In this document: positions 31,525 through 41,999 of the stretch, piece by piece
How positions within the stretch are numbered: position 1 is the first letter of the stretch
How the letters are laid out: each line of letters begins with the position of its first letter
Assembly (NCBI GenBank): GCA_963817385.1
Contig: CAWFOM010000016.1
Location: forward strand, 1 to 64,000
From: an uncultured delta proteobacterium
Lineage (GTDB): Bacteria; Desulfobacterota; Syntrophia; Syntrophales; UBA5619
DNA length: 64,000 bases
Reading direction: 5' to 3'
Notes under the pieces: generated by a model
What the model saw: only the letters and a program-made list of their open reading frames with translations
Database searches by the model: none
What the model was told of the DNA's origin: nothing
Translations under genes and position numbers: made by a program

Positions 31525-34173
31525 CTATACCATCCGGTGCAGCTTCTCCATCAGATCCCCGAATGCCTCATCGGGGAAACAGTACCGCATCTTCAGGAAG
31601 CGCCGCCGGAAGGCCGTCACCTCCTCCTTGACCGGCCGGCCGCCGATGATGACGTCGCGGATCATCTGGGCCAGCGTGCCGGAAATCCTCCGGCCCCATC
31701 CCGAACCGCGTCATCTCCTGAACGCCGAGACGGAGCGCCCCGGCCGCGGTGAACCCCTCTTCATCCGGCGCCGCCTGGTAGTTGCAGATGATGTTGTTCG
31801 CCTCCAGCAGCCGGGCCGCCTCAACGGCCTTCGCATACGCCACCTTCACGATCACCTGGTGGGTCTCCGTGAAGGAGATTGCCGGATCTCCCGCCACCGC
31901 GAGACCCGTATCGCTGAGCGCCCGGGCAAAGGCCTTGGCGTTTTGGATCACCGCCTGCTGGTAGGGATCCCGAAAGGCATTCATCTCGTAGACGGCCATC
32001 AGGAGCCCCAGGAGGGTGCCCAGGTGGTGGTTGCTCACGCTTCCCGGAAATGTCCGGCTCCGGACGGACTCCCAGAGGGCGTAGCGCTTCTCCTCCTCCC
32101 GCCAGTTCGCGGCCACGATGCCCCGCTGGGTGCCGAAGAAGGTCTTGTGGGTGGAGCCGGTGACCAGGTCCGCCCCTTCCGCGAACGGCTCCTGGAAATG
32201 GGGTCCCACGAGCCCCAGGACATGGGCCATATCGTACATGATGACGGCGTCAATCCCCTCTTCCCGAAGGAATGTGCTGATCTCCCGGAGAGGCTCGCGG
32301 TGGAGGACCATGCTCTTGCCGAAGATGATCAGCTCCGGCCGGTTCTCTGCGATGATGTTCTTGGCGGCCTCGACATCGATCTTGTAAGGATTCCCGGGCA
32401 GGACCGGAAAGTTCACCACGGCGGGCTTTTCCAGCCGCGGATCGATGCGGACGAAATTGGCAAGGGCGCCCATCGGCTGGGCGCTCAGGTGGCCGCCCCG
32501 GATGATGTGGTTGTTCAGGACCGAGCGGATCCGCCGGGGCTCCGCCTTCCGGTCGTTCCGGTTCAGATAGTCGACGAGGGCGCTAAAGACCGCGGTATTG
32601 GCCATCTGGCCGCTGATCACCCGGGCCTCGATCTCGCAGCAGCCGAGGTAGCGGGCCATCTCGGCATTGACCATCTCCTCCACGCCTTCGATGAAATCCG
32701 TACCCTGATAGTAGAAGATCTCCGCATCCATAAACGCGGGAAGCGAACGGTGCTCCGCATAGCGAAAGGCGGGATCCATGATCGACAGGCGCCGCACCGC
32801 GGGCGAGGTCGTCTGCTCGGAGGGGATGAGGTTGATGCATTCCGTCTGGCGCCAGCGGGTGTTCTGCAGGGCCCGTTCCAGGAGAGCACGACCCTTTTCC
32901 TGCCAGGCATCGGGGCCAGGTTTCCGGATATCTTCCGCAACACCCCAGAGGATCGGCATGGCATGGGGTGGGGCGTCGGAACGCAGGTGGTAGGGCACAA
33001 TGACAGCCCGGACGCGGTTGCCGCGAATCTCAACCTCCACTTGATCGTCTTTCTTTAATCGGCTGTCCGCCAGCATCAGCCCGATGGCCCGCATCTCCCG
33101 CTCGTCGGTGAATCGGGTGGAGAGCCCAACGCCGTCGGTCTTCCAGTAGGGCACCATCGTTCCGCTCGTCACGAAGCCGGCCTCCTGGCCATCCTTGAAG
33201 ACCCGGAAGCCCGCCCGGGCGATCCCCTTCCCCCGGAGGGCAAACGGCATGACGATCCGCGGCAGGTCCGCACGGGATGAGTAGTCCTCGTCCCGGATCT
33301 TCTTAAGGGCGGCAAACTGGATAGCCAGGGATTCCCTGCCGACGAAGGCGCCCTTCAGCGGGGAGAAGCTGACGGCGAAACGGGCCAGGGGGGCGGCGAA
33401 GATGGGGATTTCCGTTCCGGCCGGGTCTTTCCCCAATTCGTGGCCGTAGAGGGGGAGGCCTGCTTCCAGCCGCAGGGTATCCCGCGCCCCCAGCCCCACC
33501 GGCGTCGCACCCTTCTGCCGGAGGAGGTCCCAGAGCCAGCGGCGCATCGGCTACCGCAAGGAACAGTTCGAAACCGAGGGGCTCGCCCGTGTATCCGGTC
33601 CGGGAGACGAGGATCTCCATCCCCGCGATGGAGACCGTGGCGAGGCTGTTCTTGAGGGGCTCCGGGAGCGCACCCGCGCCGATCAGCCCCTGGAGGATGG
33701 GCCGGGAGGAGGGCCCCTGGAGGGAGATCATCGCCATCCGCTCCGATACGTCTTCCAGTTCAGTCCCGGGAAAGCCGGAACACATACCCTGCAAATATCG
33801 CCAGTCCGCATCCTTATTGGCGGCGTTGACCACGAGAAGATACTCCCCCGGGACAAACCGGTAGAGATAGGCGTCGTCGAGGGCGCCGCCCACGGCCGCT
33901 TTGGATCATCGTGTACTGCGCAAACCCGGGATCGAGGGCCGCGGCATTGTTGGTCAGGAGATGCTGGAGGAAGGCCAGGGCACCGGCGCCACGGACGATG
34001 AATCGCCCCATATGGGAGACATCGAAGAGCCCCGCCCCCCTGCGCGTGGCCAGATGCTCCTCCACGATCCCCTCCCGATACTGGAGGGGCATGTGCCAGC
34101 CGCCGAAGTCGACCATCGTCGCCCCGAGGGCGACGTGTGTTTCGTGCAGAACCGTCTTGAGCAGCTCACCCAT
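31525..34173 (-). CDS. gcvT: GcvT (aminomethyltransferase) - serine hydroxymethyltransferase fusion; frameshifts near 33895, 33550 and 31680
   Basis: FGGWHMP, LFDVSHMG, SRTGYTGE, GLGARDTLRLEAG, then in-frame INLIPSE, GGHLS, DMAHVLGL, TGSTHKT. Confidence 0.9.
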
Positions 34174-34275
34174 GACCTTCTCCTCGTTCGGGTCGTGACC
34201 CTGTTTTCCCTGTTTATATTATTTCAGTAATACTATATTCTCCCCCCTGCTAACAATGTTTTTCGGAGGTCTCCC

Positions 34276-35664
34276 ATGGAAGAGCGGTTCGACATCCTGG
34301 TAATCGGGGCGGGGCCCGGCGGTCACGCGGCGGCCGTGCAGGCGGCGCGCCAGGGCGCCCGGGCGGCCATCATCGAGCAAGGGGAGTGGGGGGGCACCTG
34401 CACCCACCGGGGGTGCGTCCCGACCAAGGCCCTGCTCGCCTGCAGCCGGCGATTCTCGGAGCTTAATAAGATCCGGCGGATGGGGGTGAACGTCGCAGAC
34501 GCCTCGTTCGACTATACCGCCATGAAACGGCACCAGGAACAGATCGTAAACATCTCCGCCCTGGGCGTCAAAAAATCCCTCCGGGATGCCGGGGTCGCGA
34601 TGATCGCCGGAGAGGGACGGATCGTCTCCCCGCACGAGGTGGAATGGACGGCCCCGGACGGAGCCCGGGAGAGCCTGACGACGAACAATCTTATCATCGC
34701 CTGGGGATCTGAACCGGCCCTGCCGCCCGGGGTGCAGCTCTCGGCGCGCATCCTCACCTCCGACGGCGTCCTTGCTCTCGCTGCCATTCCCAAGAGCATT
34801 CTGATCGTGGGGGGAAGCGTCATCGGCGTCGAGTTTGCGACCTTCTTCGCCGAACTCGGCGTCCGGGTGACCTTGATCGAGATGCTGGAGAGGCTCCTCC
34901 CCGGTGAAGAACCGGAAGCCTCGCTGCTCCTCGCGCAGGAGTTGGAGAAGATGGGCGTTGCCGTCCATACGGGGATGAGGATGGAGGCGATACGGGATAC
35001 GGGTTCGGAGGTAGAATTGCTCGCAACGCAGGCGGCGGATCCGCGCGGTACGCCGCGGGCCGGCATCAGCCCCGCTCCACCTCTCGAATTCTCCGCGGAA
35101 TTGGCCCTCATTTCCACGGGGCGCAGGCCCTCCCTGCGGCTGGAGGAGCTCCAAGCCTTGGGGATCCATCATGACCGCCGGGGGATCATCGTCGATAGTC
35201 ACCAGCAAACGAGTATCCCCGGCATCCATGCCATCGGCGACGTCACCGGCGGGGCGATGCTCGCCCATCGCGCCATGCAGCAGGGGAAGGCCCTGGCAGG
35301 CCGCCTCCTGGGCGATCCGCAGTTCGACTATTGCGAGGAGGCGGTTCCGGCCGTCGCCTACGCCCATCCGCAGATTGCCCGGGTAGGCCTGACGGAAGAG
35401 GAGGCCAGGAGGAGAGGGCTTGCGATCGAGGTCCGCCGGACCGATTTCGCCGCAAACATCATCGCCCGCGCCCAGCTTCTGGGTCAGGGATTCGTCAAAC
35501 TCGTCTTTCAGGGGGAGAGGCTCCTGGGGGCGACCATCGCCGGCGACCAGGCCGGAGAGCTGATCGCGCCGCTCAGTCTCGCAATCGCCGCGGGGCTCGG
35601 GGGGAAAGAGCTCAGGAACTGGATCATCCCACACCCGACCCTGAGCGAGCTCCTCAGCCTATGA
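34276..35664 (+). CDS. lpdA: dihydrolipoyl dehydrogenase (glycine cleavage L protein)
   Basis: GAGPGG, GGTCTHRGCVPTK, GDVTGGAMLAH, HPTLSE; divergent from the gcv operon. Confidence 0.92.
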   Translation: MEERFDILVIGAGPGGHAAAVQAARQGARAAIIEQGEWGGTCTHRGCVPTKALLACSRRFSELNKIRRMGVNVADASFDYTAMKRHQEQIVNISALGVKKSLRDAGVAMIAGEGRIVSPHEVEWTAPDGARESLTTNNLIIAWGSEPALPPGVQLSARILTSDGVLALAAIPKSILIVGGSVIGVEFATFFAELGVRVTLIEMLERLLPGEEPEASLLLAQELEKMGVAVHTGMRMEAIRDTGSEVELLATQAADPRGTPRAGISPAPPLEFSAELALISTGRRPSLRLEELQALGIHHDRRGIIVDSHQQTSIPGIHAIGDVTGGAMLAHRAMQQGKALAGRLLGDPQFDYCEEAVPAVAYAHPQIARVGLTEEEARRRGLAIEVRRTDFAANIIARAQLLGQGFVKLVFQGERLLGATIAGDQAGELIAPLSLAIAAGLGGKELRNWIIPHPTLSELLSL

Positions 35665-35784
35665 ACCGCCCGATGCCTACATTGAGGCCAATCCGCTCAC
35701 TTGCCCGAAATGTCGAATAGATTCCCCACCCTTCATTAGCCAGATAGTGCGTCCATCCCTCGGAAAAGGATGCCCGGATGATGT

Positions 35785-35856
35785 ACCGAGTCAGGCGAGC
35801 TTCTCGTGAGCAGCGAGCGGATGCTCCGCTATAAGCTTAAGAAATACTGCCTGAAG
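35785..35856 (+). pseudogene. remnant of a Fis-type HTH C-terminus (NtrC-family activator)
   Basis: Translates TESGELLVSSERMLRYKLKKYCLK; compare the AAELLGIS.R.L.YKLKKYG pattern. Confidence 0.55.
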
Positions 35857-35898
35857 ACGTCCTTATGGTCGCATACTGAAAATGTTGAAAAAAAGAAC

Positions 35899-35951
35899 TT
35901 GACATTTGCTAAGAGCAATATATGCTAATAGCAAATAATGCTACAGGCAAA
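35899..35951 (+). promoter_or_regulatory. sigma-70 promoter overlaid by three TGCTA-N3-GCAA boxes
   Basis: TTGACA at 35899; boxes TGCTAAGAGCAA, TGCTAATAGCAA, TGCTACAGGCAA at 16-bp spacing. Confidence 0.7.
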
Positions 35952-35983
35952 TTAAATATACACGATCTTTAATGGAGGATGTC

Positions 35984-38455
35984 ATGGAAACTACCCAAAA
36001 AACTTATTCAATGTCGACGCAACGGACCACAAGGTTAAAGGCAGATGTTTTATCAGCGCCAAGAGAAATTTCGACGGCCCGCGCCAGGATCTTAACGGAA
36101 GCCTATCAACGCCATGCCGACAAACCGCTGATCCTCAAGCGGGCGCTGGCATACCAGGCGATCCTGGAAAATATGCCGATCCGTATTCATCAGGACGAAC
36201 TGATCGTGGGCGGATTCACAGAGAAACGCAGGGGCGCCTTTCTCATGCCTGAAAACAATGTTGCCGGGTTAGATTTGAGCAAAACATACAATCAAGCCGT
36301 GAAGGGAGTGCTGAATACACTCATCCAACCGGTAACCAAGGTGGTTTCGATCTTCAATAAGCCGCTGAGCGTGCGTCTTTCAGCAGCAAACCTGCTGTTC
36401 GAGCAAGCACTCGATACATTTGAAAATCGCTCTTCACAGCGTTTCACGATCACCGCAGATGAAAAGCGGGAGCTGGCGGAGACGATCTTCCCCTATTGGA
36501 GAAACAGAGATGGTTATTCCCTGTATCGCTCATTTCTCACCCCTGAAGAAAAGCGACTCATGAATCAATTCACCTATGCAGCGGAACATGCATTTGTCGG
36601 AGGGGTCTTTCTCTTTCATCCTCATCTCGAAAAAAGCGTTCAAACGGGACTCACAGGCATCATCGAACTCGCCGAAAAAAAATTATCGGAATATCAATCG
36701 AATTTGGAAGAGACCGCTCCATTGCGGGATTTCTACGAGGCGATGATCATTTCATGCCGGGCAGTAATCGCATTTGCCAATCGCTATGCCGCCTGCGCGG
36801 AAACATTAGCGGCAACAACGGCCGACGGACAACGACGCATGGAATTATTACATATCGCCGACATGTGCCGCCATGTTCCCGCCAATCCCCCGCGTTCCTT
36901 TCATGAAGGCTTGCAATCCCTGTTTTTCACGTATATTGCGGTCGCCATTGACGACGGTGGTCATGAAGTCCCGTTTGGCCGCTGGGATCAAGCCTTGTAT
37001 CCGTTGTACAAACAGGATCTCGAAACGGGAAAAATCACGAAAGCGCAGGCGCTGGAACTGATCGAGGCCTTTCTGATCAAAACCAACGAATTCGAATTTC
37101 TGCTGCATAACAAGGCGCGTCTGTTCGAGGACGGCAACAGCGGAAGGCTTACACTGACGATTGGCGGCGTCGATCAGGATGGTCATGATGCCACGAATGA
37201 TCTTTCCTACCTGTTCCTCGAAGCGTTTTCAAACACCAGGATGATCCGGCCGAATCCGGCGGTTCGGTTGCATCAAAGGACGCCTGAGCCATTTCTGAAC
37301 AGGGTGACCGAAATCATGGCGAGCGGGGCCAATACCATTCAGGTATTTAATGATGAGGCGATTATCCGAGGCTTTCTCGACGCAGGTTTTCCGGCGGCGG
37401 ATGCTCGCGATTATATTATTAGCGGGTGTGTGCAACCGATCCCCAAATCAACATACGGCTCCGTCTGCGCGGCCCATATCGCGCTTCCCAAGACACTGGA
37501 ATTGTTCTTAAAAGAACACCGTCAGGCTGGGGATTTCGGCGAGTTTTACAGGGAATATAAGGCTTACTTGTCAGGGATTATCCAAAATACCACCAAGACC
37601 TTGCAGGCGGTCGATCGGGCGCATAAAGAGCGCCTGCCGACCACGTTCGTATCCGCGTTGACCGACGGGACGATGGAAACAGGACGTGACGTCAAGGAAG
37701 GCGGCGCAAAACATAATCTTACCGGGATTTCTTTGCTGGGATTGGGGACGCTGGCGGATTCGCTGATGGCGATTAAACACGCGGTATTTGATGAACGCCG
37801 GTTTACGCTGGCTGAGTTGAACAAGATGCTGGACCGGGACTTCAGCGGCTTTGAAGCCGAGCGATTATATTTGCTCAACAAAATTCCGAAATATGGGAAC
37901 GATCACGACGAGGTGGATCGGTTCGTCAGAGAAGTCACTGATTTTTGCAGTACGGAATTGAAACGCTACACCACGTTTCGCGGCGGACAATACAGCCTCG
38001 GCGTCCATTCGGAAAACGGGCAGGTGGTTTTTGGACTGCTTACCGGCGCCACCCCTGATGGCAGAAAACAAATGGAACCGCTGTCAATCGGGGCAGGCAG
38101 CGCAAGAGGAAGAGAAAAGCAGGGGTGTACAGCGGCGTTAAAATCGGTGAGCAAAATTGACGCCTCAAGTGTCATCAGCGGCATTTCCGTCAATTTGAAA
38201 TTACATCCGGCGTTGTTGGATAGCCAGCAGAAGCTCCGGCGTTTTCGGGATCTGATCTCCACGTATTTCTTTGACTTTGGAGGACAAAATCTGCAAACGA
38301 CCGTCGTGAGCACCGAAATCTTCCGCGCGGCGCAGAAGAATCCGGCAGCCTATCGCGATTTGCTCGTCAGGATATCCGGGTACAGCGCCACATTTGTTGA
38401 TTTGACAAAATATACGCAAGAGGAGATCATTGCCCGCACGGAATATCTCCGATAA
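35984..38455 (+). CDS. glycyl radical enzyme of unknown specificity
   Basis: DELIVG, FGRWDQ, TIGGVD, thiyl loop SGCVQP, KYGND, GATPDGR, glycyl loop LVRISGYS. Confidence 0.93.
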   Translation: METTQKTYSMSTQRTTRLKADVLSAPREISTARARILTEAYQRHADKPLILKRALAYQAILENMPIRIHQDELIVGGFTEKRRGAFLMPENNVAGLDLSKTYNQAVKGVLNTLIQPVTKVVSIFNKPLSVRLSAANLLFEQALDTFENRSSQRFTITADEKRELAETIFPYWRNRDGYSLYRSFLTPEEKRLMNQFTYAAEHAFVGGVFLFHPHLEKSVQTGLTGIIELAEKKLSEYQSNLEETAPLRDFYEAMIISCRAVIAFANRYAACAETLAATTADGQRRMELLHIADMCRHVPANPPRSFHEGLQSLFFTYIAVAIDDGGHEVPFGRWDQALYPLYKQDLETGKITKAQALELIEAFLIKTNEFEFLLHNKARLFEDGNSGRLTLTIGGVDQDGHDATNDLSYLFLEAFSNTRMIRPNPAVRLHQRTPEPFLNRVTEIMASGANTIQVFNDEAIIRGFLDAGFPAADARDYIISGCVQPIPKSTYGSVCAAHIALPKTLELFLKEHRQAGDFGEFYREYKAYLSGIIQNTTKTLQAVDRAHKERLPTTFVSALTDGTMETGRDVKEGGAKHNLTGISLLGLGTLADSLMAIKHAVFDERRFTLAELNKMLDRDFSGFEAERLYLLNKIPKYGNDHDEVDRFVREVTDFCSTELKRYTTFRGGQYSLGVHSENGQVVFGLLTGATPDGRKQMEPLSIGAGSARGREKQGCTAALKSVSKIDASSVISGISVNLKLHPALLDSQQKLRRFRDLISTYFFDFGGQNLQTTVVSTEIFRAAQKNPAAYRDLLVRISGYSATFVDLTKYTQEEIIARTEYLR

Positions 38456-38471
38456 CCGGAGGGGTCGGAAC

Positions 38472-39371
38472 ATGACAGGAGTCATTTTCAATATTCAACG
38501 GTATAGTATTCATGACGGCCCCGGAATTCGGACGGTGGTTTTCTTCAAAGGCTGCCCTCTGCGCTGCCAGTGGTGCGAAAACCCGGAATCGCTTTCGCCT
38601 CATCCCGAACTGTCGTTCCAAAGCCGGAAATGCATCGGATGCGGCCAATGTCAGCAGGCCTGTCCGCAAGGCGCCATCCAGGTCAACCGCGTGGCGCGCA
38701 TTGACCGGGAGCGATGCCACTCCTGTATGATCTGCGCCCAAAATTGTCCGGCAGAGGCGCTGGAAGTGATCGGTAAGACCATGAGTGTTGAGGAGGTCTG
38801 GGAAGTCGTCAAACAGGATGAGGCCTTTTATCGCCGATCTAAGGGAGGTGTAACCATTTCAGGAGGAGAGGCGACGCTGCAATTTGATTTTTTAATGGAG
38901 CTGCTCACCCGGCTGCGCGTCGAGAAGGTTCATGTCGTGCTTGAAACCAACGGGCTTCTTGAATGGGGGAAATTTGAAAAACTGATCGGCCTGGTGGACC
39001 TGTTCTATTTCGATCTCAAAGGCATGCGTTCGGACCTTCATAAGCAACATACCGGCGCGCCGAATGACCTGATTCTGTCCAACGCCCGACAACTGCGGCA
39101 ACGCCAGGCCCAGGTTGTTTTTCGCATCCCGCTCATTCCCGACATCAATGACACGCCGGAGCAGATCGCGTTATTGGATCATTTCCTGTCGGAAGTACAG
39201 GCAGAACACATCCACCTGTTGCCCTATCATAAATTCGGTGAAGACAAACATGATTCAATTTCTTCAACCCAACCAAGGCTTTCGATCCCTGCGATGGGTC
39301 GTGCCCGCGTTGAAAAAATTGGAAAACGGTTAGAGCGGAAAAATCGAACGATTACCGTTGGCGGAAATTGA
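38472..39371 (+). CDS. glycyl radical enzyme activase (radical SAM with 2x4Fe-4S insert)
   Basis: HDGPGIRTVVFFKGCPLRCQWCENPE; CIGCGQCQQAC; CHSCMICAQNCP; GGVTISGGE. Confidence 0.95.
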   Translation: MTGVIFNIQRYSIHDGPGIRTVVFFKGCPLRCQWCENPESLSPHPELSFQSRKCIGCGQCQQACPQGAIQVNRVARIDRERCHSCMICAQNCPAEALEVIGKTMSVEEVWEVVKQDEAFYRRSKGGVTISGGEATLQFDFLMELLTRLRVEKVHVVLETNGLLEWGKFEKLIGLVDLFYFDLKGMRSDLHKQHTGAPNDLILSNARQLRQRQAQVVFRIPLIPDINDTPEQIALLDHFLSEVQAEHIHLLPYHKFGEDKHDSISSTQPRLSIPAMGRARVEKIGKRLERKNRTITVGGN

Positions 39372-39426
39372 ATGTACGGTTGGCCAATGACCGATCACCA
39401 TGAAATGAAAAAACGGGGAGGAGCCA

Positions 39427-39903
39427 ATGAATAAACAGGAATTTCTTGAACGTTCACACAGTTCTTTTCTTGAGTTCGCAAAGTTTTTTGCTCAACTCCT
39501 GCGCCAGAAATTAGCAGACAGCCCGATTACCGTCCATCAATATTATACGCTTGAGGCTCTAACCAATGGCCCCAAATCAATGAATGCCGTGGCTGATGAA
39601 GTAGGCATGCATCAAAGCACCTTAACGAGAGTTTTAGAAAAACTCGAGAACCAACAATTTGTTCGGAGGACGCGCAAGCCCGGCAATCAGAGAATGGTTG
39701 AAGTCGAGATTACCGCGGCCGGGCGGCAACTGTTACAGACAGTGCACGCTGAAGCCTTGCGGCTTATTGACGCGCTGCTTACCCCACTTCCCAAATCGCA
39801 ATACCCGGAGTTCGTGAAGACTATGGAAATGCTAGGAAATCTGCTGAACCCTAAGAACGAGAATTTCCAACGGGTATTAAAAACATGTTGTCCGAAAGGA
39901 TAA
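39427..39903 (+). CDS. MarR-family regulator with C-terminal Cys-Cys
   Basis: ITVHQYYTL, STLTRVLEKLE...VRR..NQR...ITAAG; ends KTCCPKG. Confidence 0.88.
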   Translation: MNKQEFLERSHSSFLEFAKFFAQLLRQKLADSPITVHQYYTLEALTNGPKSMNAVADEVGMHQSTLTRVLEKLENQQFVRRTRKPGNQRMVEVEITAAGRQLLQTVHAEALRLIDALLTPLPKSQYPEFVKTMEMLGNLLNPKNENFQRVLKTCCPKG

Positions 39904-39935
39904 GGCGCACGATGAATATTTGAGGGTCGATCCCC

Positions 39936-41892
39936 ATGATGAAAATTGCCCTGATCTACCCGCCGACCTGCGATCCCACGGCGCCGTATCTCTCGGTTCC
40001 GACCCTGACGGGCTACCTGCGGGCGCACGGCGTGGAGGTCTGGCCGATCGATGCGAATGTCGAGGCCTACAGCCGGCTCCTCAGCCGCGAGACCCTGACC
40101 GTCCTGGCCGGCCGTGTCGAAGAACGATGGTCGAAGCTGAAACGCAAATCCGCCCTGAACCACGCCGAACAGCTCGCCGGCGCGGCGCTGTGGGAGGCAA
40201 GGGGAGATGCCCGGAATGCCCCCGGCGGCATCGATGACGCCGTCGCCGTCCTCCGGGACCGGTCGGGGGAGCGCTTTTTCGATCCGCCGCAGTATGAAGC
40301 GGCGATCGCCACGGTGGAAAGCGCGCTGCGCCTGGTGAGCGCGGCCTATACGCCGCTGTCCCTCGATTTTGCGGCGTACCGCACCCCCTTTTCGCTCTTG
40401 ACGATCCGCGAGATCGAGGAGGACGCCCGCCCCGAAAGGGATCCCTTCCACGAATACTTTCAGGAGCTCTGCGCGCGTCTCGCGGCGGAGCGGGTAGGCA
40501 TCGTCGGCCTTTCCGTCGCCTTTCCCGGCCAGGTCCAGCCCGCCTATGCCCTGGCCTTCATGATCCGCCGCCTCCTGCCCGGCGTGCATGTCACCGTCGG
40601 CGGTCCCGCCATGACGCAGATCCTGCTTCGCCTCAAGGGAGCGTTCCTGACCCGGGCGCTGAAGCCATTCCATTCCGCGGTCCTCTACGAAGGGGAATCG
40701 GCCCTCCTGGAGCTGGTCCGGGCGGTGGAGCGGGGGGAGAGTCCGGCGGGGATCCTCCAGGGAACAAAGACGACGGATCTCGGCGCCCTGCCGGCCCCCG
40801 ATTTTGATGGGCTACCGCTGGAAAAATACTTCTCACCCGCGCCGGTCCTGCCGTATGACCCGACCCGCGGGTGCTATTGGGGCAAATGCGCCTTTTGCCA
40901 TTACGGCCTGGCCGAGTGCGGCACCGCCCGCTACCGGGAGCGCCCCGTCGAGCAGGCCGCGGAGCATATCCGCGACCTGGCGGACCGGTACGGATGCCGG
41001 CTGTTCCATTTTTCCCAGGATTCGCTCTCGCCCAAAACGGCGCGCCGTCTGGCGGAGGCGCTGAAATCGACCCTCAACCCCTCCCCGGGGGGAGAGCCCC
41101 CCGTCCGGTGGGCGACGGACATGCGCCCGGAGCCGGCCCTGGATGCGGAATGCTGCCGCGCTCTGGCGGAAGGCGGGGCGCTCGGCATCGCCCTTGGCGT
41201 GGAATCGGCCGCCCCGCGGGTGCTGAAACTGATCCACAAGGGGCTCTCGGTCCGGGATGCGGCCCGGGCCGTGAAGAACCTTGCCGCTGCCGGAATCGCC
41301 GTCGGAAGTGATGTGCTTCACCGATTTTCCGACGGAAACGGGCCGGGAGGCGCTGATGACGACCCGCTTCATCGAAGAGCTGCGCGAGAGCGTCGCCCTC
41401 TTCATCTGCGGCGAGTTTGCCCTCGTCGCCGGCGCGCGCGTGGCGCAGCATCCCGGGGAGTACGGCATCCGGGAAACGTGGCATGTGGCCGGCGATGAAT
41501 TTTCAACGACGCTCTTTTACGAGGAAGCGGCCCCCTCCAAGACCCCGGCCGACCGGGAAAGGATCGACGCCGCCGTAGACAGGCTCGCGCGGTCCTGGTG
41601 GCTGCACCGGTATCCCTGGGCCGGTTCGCTCTCCACGGCGCACACGCTGCTCTGGTATGACCGGTATGGAGCGGATGTCTTCAGGCGCCTTGCGGGGACG
41701 CGGCGAAAACCCGCTCAACCCCGTCCCGGGAAACAGCGTCTCTCCCCGCGGCGCGACCTCGAGCGGGTCTGGCAGCGCGCCCGGGAGCATGAAGCGGAGA
41801 TCTGGCGGATCATGGTGACGGAAAAACGCACCGTCACCCGGGAGGCCTATCGCCGGCTGGCCGAAGCATTGCCTTCCGCCGAAATTCATTGA
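39936..41892 (+). CDS. B12-binding-domain radical SAM protein (frameshift near 41305)
   Basis: KIALIYPP, VGLSV, TVGGP, EGE, TRGCYWGKCAFC, LGVES. Confidence 0.85.
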
Positions 41893-41917
41893 CAATGGAG
41901 GGAAAGAGAACTATGTT
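41889..41917 (+). promoter_or_regulatory. sigma-70 promoter of the helicase leader
   Basis: TTGACA-N17-TATGTT. Confidence 0.7.
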
Positions 41918-41999
41918 ACGCACCAAGGAATGAAGTGACGATCAAAATCCGCATTGGTTAGAGAAACATTTGACGCATCGCCCAAACGCCCCCCTAACT

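Noticed and set aside
34174..34275. Glycine riboswitch ahead of gcvT
   Set aside because: Only about 100 bp of divergent promoter region, with no aptamer motifs
35984..38455. Pyruvate formate-lyase or alkyl/benzylsuccinate synthase
   Set aside because: Single Cys in the thiyl loop, ferredoxin-insert activase, and no small subunits
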